Source of the DNA: an uncultured Planctomycetota bacterium
GTDB lineage: Bacteria; Planctomycetota; PLA2; JAEUHO01
Direction of reading: 5' to 3'
Assembly: GCA_963752285.1 (NCBI GenBank)
Contig: CAVVXN010000001.1
Span: 384,001-448,000 of the forward strand
Length of the DNA: 64,000 nucleotides
In this document: piece by piece, positions 1 to 9,045 of the stretch
How the letters are laid out: each line of letters starts with the position of its first letter
How positions within the stretch are numbered: the first letter of the stretch is position 1
Notes under the pieces: model-generated
Databases searched by the model: none
What the model saw: the letters and a program-made list of their open reading frames with translations, nothing else
What the model was told of the DNA's origin: nothing
Translations under genes and position numbers: made by a program

Positions 1-1143
1 CGCGCGCCGCCACGCGGGCCAGCCGGGGTCGTCTCGCGCGGAGAGCGCGAGCGCGCCGTAGTGCCAGTAGTAGAGGTCCGTGTAGCCGCCGGGCGTGTCC
101 CAGCGGGGCGGGAGAACGCGGAGCAGTCCCGCCGCCTTCTCGTTCGTGGCGGCGTCCCGACGCGGGTCGTCGCCCGGGATCTGGTCCCTCAGGAAGAGGC
201 CGATCGCGGTACAGGTCTCCGTCTCGTCGCAGGGGAAGCGGTCGATCTCCTCCTGCAGGCGCGCGCTGAGGCCGCCGCGCTGGATGTACCCCGTCCGCCC
301 GACCTCGTCGGTCATCTGGTCGATCCACGTTCGGATGCCGGTGAAGGCCTCCGCGGGGATCGGGAACGGCGGCGCGAGGTCGGCGGCCATCGCCGCGCGG
401 TTCACGCGGCGGGCGGCGAGGAGCGCGAGGGCGAGGCACCCGGTCTCCGACGTGTCGTTGTCGCCGGGGCGGACGCCGTAGCGCCACGCGAGCCCCGGGT
501 TCTGCGCCGCGAGCGCGAAGTCGATGGCACGGCCCGCGGCGCGCCGCCACCGCACGTCGCCCGTGGCGCCGTACGCGTCCACGAGCGCCTGCGTCGCGAA
601 CGCGTGGCCGTAGAGGAAGTGCAGCGTCGTCCGGGGGCCGACGCAGCCGCCGGCGTCCTGGGCATCGACGAGCGCCGCGAGACCCCGGGCGATCACGTCC
701 TCGTACGGGTCGCCGGCGCGCGGCGCGTACCCCGCGGTCGCGAACGCGAGGAGCGCGAGCCCGGAGACGCCGACGTCGTAGCCGGGGTAGCCGCCGCCCT
801 GGAGGTCCTTCCGGCCCTCCTTTCCGTCGCACCAGCCGAGGTCGGCCGCCTTCCAGAGCCCGGAGGGCGACTGGTGCGCGGCGAGCCAGCGGAGCCCCTG
901 GGCCACGGCGTCGGCGCGCGCCTTCTCCCTCTCTGGCTGGCGGTCGGGCCGGGCGTCCTCGCGGATCCCGAACGGGAAGAGCGAGACGGGCGGTGCCGCG
1001 GCCTCCGCGGGGGACGACGCCGCCGCGGGCGCGGGCGGTGTCGCGGGGTCGTCCGCGTGGACCCAGCCCGCGCCGAGGACCCCGATCGCGAGCGCCCTCG
1101 CGACGAGGACACGCGTCCGGCCGAGGGCCCCCCCGCTTCGCAT
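1..1143 (-). CDS. Exported prenyltransferase/squalene-oxidase-repeat (terpene cyclase/mutase-like alpha-barrel) protein; 3' end lies outside the window
   Basis: Not in the ORF track; translated by hand from ATG 1143: MRSGGALGRTRVLVARALAIGVLGAGWVHADD... GLRWLAAHQSPSGLW, YDVGVSGLALLAF, LYGHAFATQAL, AQNPGLAWRYG, NDTS, DLYYWHYG (QW-like repeats). Confidence 0.8.
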   Translation of the reverse strand, partial: MRSGGALGRTRVLVARALAIGVLGAGWVHADDPATPPAPAAASSPAEAAAPPVSLFPFGIREDARPDRQPEREKARADAVAQGLRWLAAHQSPSGLWKAADLGWCDGKEGRKDLQGGGYPGYDVGVSGLALLAFATAGYAPRAGDPYEDVIARGLAALVDAQDAGGCVGPRTTLHFLYGHAFATQALVDAYGATGDVRWRRAAGRAIDFALAAQNPGLAWRYGVRPGDNDTSETGCLALALLAARRVNRAAMAADLAPPFPIPAEAFTGIRTWIDQMTDEVGRTGYIQRGGLSARLQEEIDRFPCDETETCTAIGLFLRDQIPGDDPRRDAATNEKAAGLLRVLPPRWDTPGGYTDLYYWHYGALALSARDDPGWPAWRRA

Positions 1144-1247
1144 CTCGCGGATTCTCTCGTTGGCCCGCGCGCGAGACAAGGCCGGTCCCCCGGTCCCCCG
1201 GTCGCTGGCCGGTATCCTCCTCGTGGGCGTTGGACCCGGGAGGCCCC

Positions 1248-1754
1248 GTGATCACGAAGGAACAGCTGCTCCAGTCCATGCGCCACGAGGTGAAGGTCAT
1301 CAAGCACCTCGCCACGAAGGTGCCCCCCGACCGGCTCGACTTCCGTCCCACGCCCGGGCAGCGCTCCACGCTCGAGCTCCTCCGGTACATGACGACGATG
1401 GCGATCGTGCCCGGGTTGGCCGCGGTGAAGGGCGACTGGGACCACGCCGAGGCGTTGGAGTCCGAGAGCGAGAACGTGACCCTGGAGACGTTCCCCGACG
1501 CGATGGACCGGCAGATGACCGCGCTCGCGGCGCTCCTGGAGAGGGTGGACCCGGACACGTCCACCACCACGCCCGCCACCCTGCCCTGGGGCACGCCCAC
1601 CGCACTCGGTCCCGCCCTCGTGGACATGGTGCTGAAACCGCTCGTCGCCTACCGCATGCAGCTCTTCCTCTACGCGAAGCAGTCCGGCGCCCCTTCGCTC
1701 GGCGCCGCGAACTGCTGGGTCGGCGTGGACCCGCGTCGCTCGCCCGTGTCCTGA
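1248..1754 (+). CDS. DinB-like four-helix-bundle protein
   Basis: GTG after GGGAGG; LDFRPTPGQRSTLELLRY and YRMQLFLYAK resemble the DinB/YfiT family. Confidence 0.65.
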   Translation: MITKEQLLQSMRHEVKVIKHLATKVPPDRLDFRPTPGQRSTLELLRYMTTMAIVPGLAAVKGDWDHAEALESESENVTLETFPDAMDRQMTALAALLERVDPDTSTTTPATLPWGTPTALGPALVDMVLKPLVAYRMQLFLYAKQSGAPSLGAANCWVGVDPRRSPVS

Positions 1755-1766
1755 GGGATCGCTTCG

Positions 1767-2192
1767 ATGCCGACGCTCTTCACCCGCATCATCCAAGGCG
1801 AGATTCCCGGGCGCTTCGTCTGGAAGGACCCGCGCGCGGTGGCCTTCCTCTCGATCCACCCGCTGCGGCCGGGCCACACGCTCGTCGTGCCGCGGGACGA
1901 GATCGACCACTGGCTCGACCTGCCGCCCGAGCTCACCGGCCACCTCGTGCGCGTCGCGCAGACGATCGGTCGGGCCGTCGAGCGCGCGTTCTCGCCGAAG
2001 AAGGTCGGGCTGATGATCGCGGGGCTCGAGGTCCCGCACGTGCACCTGCACGTGGTACCGATCGACCGCGTGGTGGACCTCGACTTCGCGAACCAGGACG
2101 TGAACGCGCGCCCCGAGGACCTGGACGCGGCGGCGAACCGGCTCCGCGACACGCTCCGCGAGCTCGGGCACGGGGAGTACGCGCCGGCGTGA
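1767..2192 (+). CDS. HIT family nucleotide hydrolase
   Basis: FTRIIQGEIP, GHTLVVP and histidine triad VPHVHLHVVP. Confidence 0.93.
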   Translation: MPTLFTRIIQGEIPGRFVWKDPRAVAFLSIHPLRPGHTLVVPRDEIDHWLDLPPELTGHLVRVAQTIGRAVERAFSPKKVGLMIAGLEVPHVHLHVVPIDRVVDLDFANQDVNARPEDLDAAANRLRDTLRELGHGEYAPA

Positions 2193-2201
2193 GGGGCGCC
2201 C

Positions 2202-3272
2202 TCAGGCTTCCTCGTCGTTCACGATCACGACCTTCAGGACGTCGTCCGAGGCCTTGCCCGCGAGCTCGAACGCGTGCGCGGCCTCGGCCAGCGGGATCTC
2301 GTGCGAGACGAGCCGCGTCACCTCGATCTCGCGGTCGAACACGATCTCCGCCGCCTCCTCCGCTTCGTCCGCCGACGCCGAGTACGAGCCGACGACGTGC
2401 TTCTCGTCGAGACAGAGGCCGCCTACGTCCACCGCGACCTCGTCGCCGCGCTTCGTCTGGGCGAAGAGGAGGATCGTGGCGCCCGGGCGCGTCGCGCGGA
2501 TCGCGTCGCGGACGGGGCCCGCGCCCTCCGCGGCCACGATCGCGCGGTCGGCCCCCCGTCCGTCGGTCAGGGCGCGGCAGGCCGACTGGATCTCGGAGGG
2601 GCGGACCGTGCGCTGGGCGCCGAGCTCCGCGGCCAGCGCGAGGCGCCCCGGCAGCGGGTCCGCCGCGATCACGGAGGCGCCCTCGCGGATCGCGAGCTGC
2701 TGGAGGAGGAGCCCGACGCTCCCGACCCCCGCCACGAGCACGACGTGCTCCTCGTCCAGGTCGAGCTTGCGGATGCCCTTCAGGCACACGTTGACCGGCT
2801 CGACGAAGGTCGCCTCCACGAACGAGACGTCGTCGGGGATCTCCACCAGCCCCTCGCCCTCGACCACCCAGGGCAGGACGCGCACGAACTCGGCGAAGCC
2901 GCCGCCGGACGGCTCGAAGCCCGCCGTCACGCCGGTCTGCTTGTACTGGGGGCACTGCGCGTAGAGCCCGCGCTGGCTGTACCAGGACGTGCGGTCCGCG
3001 ACGTGGTGATAGACGACGACGCGGTCTCCTTCGGACCAGCCGTGAACGCCCGAGCCGACCTCGACGATCGTCCCGGCCGTCTCGTGCCCGAAGACGCGCG
3101 GCGCGTCGAGGGTCCCCTCCGCGACCTTCCGCACGTCCGTCGAGCAGATGCCGCACGCGCCGACCTGGACGAGCACCTCGCCGGGCCCGATCTCGGGGAC
3201 CGGGATCGTCTCGACCCTCAGGTCGCCCGGGCCGCGGTACACGGCGGCGCGCATGGTCTCGGGAACGGACAT
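2202..3272 (-). CDS. Zinc-dependent medium-chain alcohol dehydrogenase (sorbitol/iditol-DH-like)
   Basis: GICSTD, FGHE, FVEP catalytic Zn motifs; Rossmann GVGSVG. Confidence 0.9.
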   Translation of the reverse strand: MSVPETMRAAVYRGPGDLRVETIPVPEIGPGEVLVQVGACGICSTDVRKVAEGTLDAPRVFGHETAGTIVEVGSGVHGWSEGDRVVVYHHVADRTSWYSQRGLYAQCPQYKQTGVTAGFEPSGGGFAEFVRVLPWVVEGEGLVEIPDDVSFVEATFVEPVNVCLKGIRKLDLDEEHVVLVAGVGSVGLLLQQLAIREGASVIAADPLPGRLALAAELGAQRTVRPSEIQSACRALTDGRGADRAIVAAEGAGPVRDAIRATRPGATILLFAQTKRGDEVAVDVGGLCLDEKHVVGSYSASADEAEEAAEIVFDREIEVTRLVSHEIPLAEAAHAFELAGKASDDVLKVVIVNDEEA

Positions 3273-3394
3273 CGGGCGGAGGATCGTACCCGCGGTGCGC
3301 GGTGATGGACACCGGCGGCGAGAGCGTCGGTCCCGGGGCGTTCGGGGTCGGTAGACTCGCGCGCGTTCGGGCGGCCCCGGAGGAGGGCGCGAGG

Positions 3395-4453
3395 ATGAGC
3401 GGCAACGACACCATGCGCGCCGTGGTCGTGCGGGAGCACGGCGGGCTCGACCGTCTCCGCTTCGAGGACCGTCCCGTCCCCGAGCCGGGGCCGGGGGAGA
3501 TCCGGGTCCGGGTCCGGACGGCGGGCCTCAACCACCTGGACCTGTGGGTCCGGCGGGGCGTGCCCGGCCACACGTTCCCGCTGCCCCTCGTGCCGGGGTG
3601 CGACGGCGCGGGCGAGGTGGATCGGCTCGGCGCGGGCGTGGACGGCCCCGCGCCCGGGACGCGCGTCGTGATCGCGCCGGGATACGTCGAGCGTCCCGAC
3701 GAGACGACGGCCCGCGGCCTCCAGAACCTCTCGCCCGGATACGGGATCTTCGGGGAGATGCGCGACGGCACCTGTGCGCCGTACGTCGTCGCCCCGCGGG
3801 AGAACGTCCTGCCCCTTCCGGCCTCGGTCTCGTACGAGGTCGCGGCGGCGTTCCCCCTCGTCTACCTGACGGCCTTCACGATGGTGGTGCGCCGCGCGCG
3901 CCTGGAGGCCGGCGAGTCGATCCTCGTCCACGCGGCGGGGAGCGGCGTCTCGACGGCCGCGGTCCAGATCGCCCGCCTCCTGGGCGCCGGGCTCGTCCTC
4001 ACGACGACCTCCTCGCCCGCGAAGGCGGTGGCCGCCCGCACGTTCGGGGCGGACGACGTGTTCGACTACTCCGACCTCGACTGGTCGCGCGAGGTCCGGC
4101 GCCGGACAGGCGGACGCGGGGTGGACGTGGTGATCGACCACCTGGGCCAGACCACGTTCCAGGGCTCCCTCCGCTCCCTCGTGAAGGGGGGACGCTTCGT
4201 GACGTGCGGCGCGACGTCGGGTCCGGTGGCCGAGATCCCTCTGAACCTCGTGTTCTTCAAGTCGCTCTCCGTTCTCGGGAGCACCATGGGAAGCCTCGCG
4301 GACGTGTACCGATGTCTCGACCTCGTCGCCGCCGGACGCCTTCGTCCGGTCGTCTCGGACGTGTTGCCCCTCTCGGAGGTGGGCGAGGCGCATCGCCGGC
4401 TCGAGGCGCGCGAGGTCTTCGGCAAGCTCGTCCTCCAGGTCGGGGAGCCGTGA
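3395..4453 (+). CDS. MDR-family NAD(P)H oxidoreductase (quinone-oxidoreductase/ADH-like)
   Basis: ATG after GGAGG; GLNHLDLW, PGCDGAG, HAAGSGVS, GATSG, GSTMG, FGKLVL. Confidence 0.88.
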   Translation: MSGNDTMRAVVVREHGGLDRLRFEDRPVPEPGPGEIRVRVRTAGLNHLDLWVRRGVPGHTFPLPLVPGCDGAGEVDRLGAGVDGPAPGTRVVIAPGYVERPDETTARGLQNLSPGYGIFGEMRDGTCAPYVVAPRENVLPLPASVSYEVAAAFPLVYLTAFTMVVRRARLEAGESILVHAAGSGVSTAAVQIARLLGAGLVLTTTSSPAKAVAARTFGADDVFDYSDLDWSREVRRRTGGRGVDVVIDHLGQTTFQGSLRSLVKGGRFVTCGATSGPVAEIPLNLVFFKSLSVLGSTMGSLADVYRCLDLVAAGRLRPVVSDVLPLSEVGEAHRRLEAREVFGKLVLQVGEP

Positions 4454-5229
4454 TCGTGGGCTTCGAGACGATCCGGCTCGCGGTCGGTGACGACGGCGTC
4501 GCGACGCTCACCATCGACCGCCCCGAGGTGCACAACGCCATCGACCGCCGGATGGTCGGCGAGATGCACGAGGCGCTCGGCGCGCTCGAGCCGAGGGACG
4601 ACCTCCGCGCGCTCGTCCTCGCCTCGACCGGCGGCAAGGCCTTCGTCTCGGGCGCCGACATCGCCGAGCTCCGCGACCGGCGTCGCGCGGACGCGCTCGA
4701 GGGCATCAACGCGCGGCTCTTCGCGCGGGTCGAGGCGTTCCCGCGGCCCACGGTGGCGGCCGTCGTCGGGTGGTGTCTCGGCGGCGGGCTCGAGCTCGCC
4801 CTCGCCTGCGACTTCCGCGTGGCCGGACACACGTCGCGCTTCGGCCAGCCCGAGGTGGGGCTCGGGATCATGGCGGCTGCCGGCGGCACGCGGCGGCTCC
4901 CCCGACTGGTGGGTCTCTCGACCGCGCGGCGTCTGCTCTTCGGTGGCGAGATCGTGGGGGCCGACGAGGCCCTGCGCCTCGGCCTCGTGGACCGGGTGGT
5001 GCCCGACGAGGGGGTCCCCGCCGCCGCCGCCGCGCTCCTCGCCCCGATCCTCGCCCAGGCGCCGGAGGCCGTACGCCGGACCAAGGAAGCCCTGACGGCC
5101 TGGCTCCACGGCGCGGGGGAAGAGGCCCTTCAGCGCCTCGACGACGAGATCCAGGCGGACCTCTTCGAGCACCCGGACAAGCGCGCCCGGATGGACGCGT
5201 TCCTCGCCCGGAAGAAACGGCCCCGCTGA
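4450..5229 (+). CDS. Enoyl-CoA hydratase/isomerase
   Basis: GTGA overlap with the upstream stop; FVSGADI, CLGGGLELALACD, FGQPEVGLG. Confidence 0.93.
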   Translation: MIVGFETIRLAVGDDGVATLTIDRPEVHNAIDRRMVGEMHEALGALEPRDDLRALVLASTGGKAFVSGADIAELRDRRRADALEGINARLFARVEAFPRPTVAAVVGWCLGGGLELALACDFRVAGHTSRFGQPEVGLGIMAAAGGTRRLPRLVGLSTARRLLFGGEIVGADEALRLGLVDRVVPDEGVPAAAAALLAPILAQAPEAVRRTKEALTAWLHGAGEEALQRLDDEIQADLFEHPDKRARMDAFLARKKRPR

Positions 5230-5353
5230 GGGCCGAGTCCGCGCCCTCCCCCGCCTCCCGCGCCCGCCGACCACCTGGAGAGTGCGATTGTGGAGAACGG
5301 GGCTATGCTCCGGTCACGGGGCGTCCCCCGGCGGCCCCCCGGTGGAGTACGGC

Positions 5354-5779
5354 ATGCGCACGCCCCTCGTCGCCTCGCTTGCGCTCGCCGCCGGCCTCTT
5401 CGCGGGCTGCTGCCAGGGACCCGGGTACACCCGCGCCGCCGGGACGATCGCCGGGACCGCCACGGGCGCTTTCCTCGGCGCCGCGGCCTCGCCGTGCGAC
5501 CGCGGGGGGGGTGCCCTCGTCGGGGGGACCCTCGGCCTCGTCGCGGGGACCCTGGCCGGCGACGCCATCGCCCAGGACCAGGAATGCCCGGGCTGCCTGC
5601 CGCCCGTCCACCACCGGAGGTGCAGCGACTGCCAGCCCCGCCCGCTCCCCCGGCGCACGGTGATCCGGCGACGCGTGTACATCGTCGAGGACGGCGTCGA
5701 GCGGCCCGCCGACGAGGTGATCGAGGAGGTCGAGGTCCCCCCGCCGCCCCCGTACGGGTACGGCCACCCCGGCCGCTGA
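5354..5779 (+). CDS. Small glycine-zipper lipoprotein with Cys/Pro-rich tail
   Basis: Lipobox LFAGC; two GxxxGxxxG helices; CPGC and CSDC in the tail. Confidence 0.6.
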   Translation: MRTPLVASLALAAGLFAGCCQGPGYTRAAGTIAGTATGAFLGAAASPCDRGGGALVGGTLGLVAGTLAGDAIAQDQECPGCLPPVHHRRCSDCQPRPLPRRTVIRRRVYIVEDGVERPADEVIEEVEVPPPPPYGYGHPGR

Positions 5780-5856
5780 GCCGCCACCGCCCCTTCGTCG
5801 GGTCGCCCGGACGCGCCGTCCTGATAGCCTCCCCGCCCTTGCGGGAGGGCGTCGAG

Positions 5857-6737
<881 letters not shown>

Positions 6738-6738
<1 letters not shown>

Positions 6739-7583
6739 TGGGAGGGCCGGTCACCGACGTCCACGTGCACGTCCAGCCGCAGGGGATGATCCGGCCGGCC
6801 GTGGCGAAGGCCTTCCTCCGGGGTCGGAAGGACCCCCTGGCCGACGCGTGCCACGAGGACCCCGCGGCGCTGCTGGCGTACATGGACCTCGCGGGCGTGG
6901 ACCGGATGGTGCTCATCAACTACGAGAGCCCCGACGTGATGGGGTTCACGAAGGAGACGAACGACTGGGTCGTCCGGTACTGCCGCGCGGCGCCCGACCG
7001 GCTCCTCCCGTGCGTGGGCGTGAACCCGCGCTTCGAGAAGGACGTCGGGGGCGAGGCCCGGCGACTCGTGGAAGCGGGCGCCCGGATGTTCAAGGTGCAC
7101 GGGCCGCACATGCTGCTCCGACCGAACGCCTACCTCGACGAGTGGCCGTCGCTCGGGGACCTGTACGCGGCGGCCCAGGAGTCGGGGCGGCCCGTGATGT
7201 TCCACACCGGGACGAGCATCTTCCCCGGCGCGCGGATCAAGTACGGCGATCCCGTGCAGGTGGACGACGTGGGGACGGACTTCCCCGACCTCGAGGTAAT
7301 CGTGGCGCACGGGGGACGCCCGTTCTGGACGGAGGCGTCGTGGTTCCTCCTCCGGCGCTTCGAGCGCTTCTGGCTCGACGTGTCCGGGATCCCGCCGTCT
7401 CGCCTCCTCGAGTGGTTCCCCCGGCTCGAGGAGATCGGCGACCGCGTGCTGTTCGGCACGGACTGGCCGAGTCCCGGCGTCCCGCCGGTCGCGGACAACC
7501 TGGCGAGGATCCGCGCGCTCCCGCTCGCGCCGGCGACGATCGAGAAGATCGTCTCGGAGAACGCCCAACGCCTGCTCCCCTAG
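6738..7583 (+). CDS. Amidohydrolase_2 family metal-dependent TIM-barrel hydrolase
   Basis: DVHVH, FHTG, AHGGRP, LFGTDWP. Confidence 0.88.
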
Positions 7584-7584
7584 A

Positions 7585-7616
7585 CATACGGAGCCAGAGC
7601 AATTTGTCCGAATCAG
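7585..7616 (+). repeat. 32-bp inverted repeat, left copy (CATACGGAGCCAGAGCAATTTGTCCGAATCAG)
   Basis: Exact reverse complement of 8369-8400; much more AT-rich than the surroundings. Confidence 0.95.
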
Positions 7617-7810
7617 CGGGGGTGACGCGCGCCGACCGACCGGCCTCCGCGCGGCCGAGCCGACCGCCCGTTCCGGTTCCTCGGCCGCCGTCTGCGCGAA
7701 CGACGCAGGCCTCCCCGCGCGGCCCGGGCCGCTCGGGACGCGATCGCTTCCGGGTTCTTCGCGTTTCCGCGCGCGGTCGTACGATGCCGCGGGGGCGGAG
7801 GAGGCCGGCG

Positions 7811-8281
7811 ATGGGCGCGGTGCGGACGGACGAGCACGGGGTCGTGGTCCTCTGTCCCGGCTGCGCGCGGAAGAACCGGGTCGCCTACGAGAACTTGGGA
7901 GCGAAGGGGCGCTGCGGCGCGTGCGGCGCGGAGCTCCCCGCCCTGGGCCAGCCGGTCGAGGTCACGAGCGACGCCGCGTTCGCTCGGCTCCTGTCGGAGT
8001 CTCCGGTCCCGGTGCTCGTGGACTTCTGGGCCGGCTGGTGCGGGCCCTGCCTGATGGTTGCCCCGGAGCTGGAGGCCGTGGCGCGGCGCGCGGCGGGAGG
8101 GCTGGTCGTGGCCAAGGTCGAGACCGAGGACCTCCCCGGCCTCTCACAGGCGCTCCGCGTCACCTCGATCCCCACGTTGGTGCTCTTCCGGGACGGCCAC
8201 GAGCTCGGGCGCCTCGCGGGTGCGCGTCCGGCCGAGGCCATCACGCTCTTCGTCGACCAGACGCTCGTCCGCGCGGCGTAG
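7811..8281 (+). CDS. trxC: Thioredoxin 2 (zinc-finger thioredoxin)
   Basis: GGAGG RBS; N-terminal CPGC...CGAC zinc ribbon; DFWAGWCGPC active site; cis-Pro SIPTL. Confidence 0.88.
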   Translation: MGAVRTDEHGVVVLCPGCARKNRVAYENLGAKGRCGACGAELPALGQPVEVTSDAAFARLLSESPVPVLVDFWAGWCGPCLMVAPELEAVARRAAGGLVVAKVETEDLPGLSQALRVTSIPTLVLFRDGHELGRLAGARPAEAITLFVDQTLVRAA

Positions 8282-8333
8282 CGACCCAGAGCGAGACCCT
8301 CGCGGGCGCGGGCCGTCCCTCCCGCCGGGATCC

Positions 8334-8463
8334 GCGTCGCGGTGCGGCCGGGGACCCCGCACCGCCGCCTGATTCGGACAAATTGCTCTGGCTCCGTATG
8401 GTGGGGGGGCGATGGTTCCGGGGGTCAGCGTCGCGGCGGGGTCGGGGACCCCGCGCCGCCGCC
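8334..8463. repeat. Two imperfect 36-bp direct repeats (8334-8369 and 8428-8463), each a GC hairpin
   Basis: gcgtcgcggtgcggccggggaccccgcaccgccgcc vs gcgtcgcggcggggtcggggaccccgcgccgccgcc, 32/36 identical. Confidence 0.75.
8369..8400 (-). repeat. 32-bp inverted repeat, right copy
   Basis: CTGATTCGGACAAATTGCTCTGGCTCCGTATG, the perfect reverse complement of 7585-7616. Confidence 0.95.
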
Positions 8464-8997
8464 GGCCTCGGCCGGGCCGCTCTCCGGGCTCCTTGCGCGG
8501 AACGTGCCGCGTTCGTAGTCCTTCTCCACCCCGGGGAACCGCAGCACCTTGTCGTGCATCACGCAATAGACGCCCGGCGGGAGGATCTGCACCGCCAGCA
8601 GCGCCTCCGTAATGTTCTGCACGGCGTCCGTGGTCCTGAGGACGTAGGGTCGCATCGCCCCCGTCAGCACGATCGGCACCGGGGGCGTCCCGAGGATCTC
8701 GACGATCCGCTCCCCGGTGACGTTCAGCCGGTCCGTGCCGTGCACGATCACCACGCCGTCGTGCGTCTGCGCCATCGCCTCCGCGGTCTTCGCGATCCGC
8801 GTGTGGTCCTCGGCCGACATCTGCAGGCTGTCCTTGTTCATCAGCGGCACGCGCGAGACCTCCACGCCTTCCAAGAGGAGGCGGGCGAGCAGCACGTCGA
8901 GGACGCTGTACGCGTTGTGGAGGACGCCCTGCAGCTCGTCGTACGTCTTCTCGACGGTGCCGCCGGTCGAGATCAGGGCGATGAGGCGCTTCGACAT
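8425..8997 (-). CDS. Short single-domain asparaginase-family protein
   Basis: STGGT, HGTD and LTGAM motifs; no C-terminal domain (190 aa). Confidence 0.85.
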   Translation of the reverse strand: MSKRLIALISTGGTVEKTYDELQGVLHNAYSVLDVLLARLLLEGVEVSRVPLMNKDSLQMSAEDHTRIAKTAEAMAQTHDGVVIVHGTDRLNVTGERIVEILGTPPVPIVLTGAMRPYVLRTTDAVQNITEALLAVQILPPGVYCVMHDKVLRFPGVEKDYERGTFRARSPESGPAEAGGGAGSPTPPRR

Positions 8998-9005
8998 GGC
9001 GCGGC

Positions 9006-9011
9006 AGCATA
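9006..9011 (-). promoter_or_regulatory. Putative -10 box (TATGCT) 8 nt before the asparaginase ATG; leaderless type
   Basis: GGG-TATGCT-GCCGCGCC-ATG, no Shine-Dalgarno. Confidence 0.5.
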
Positions 9012-9045
9012 CCCGCGGCCCGTCGGGCGTCCGCCCCCGCCACGC

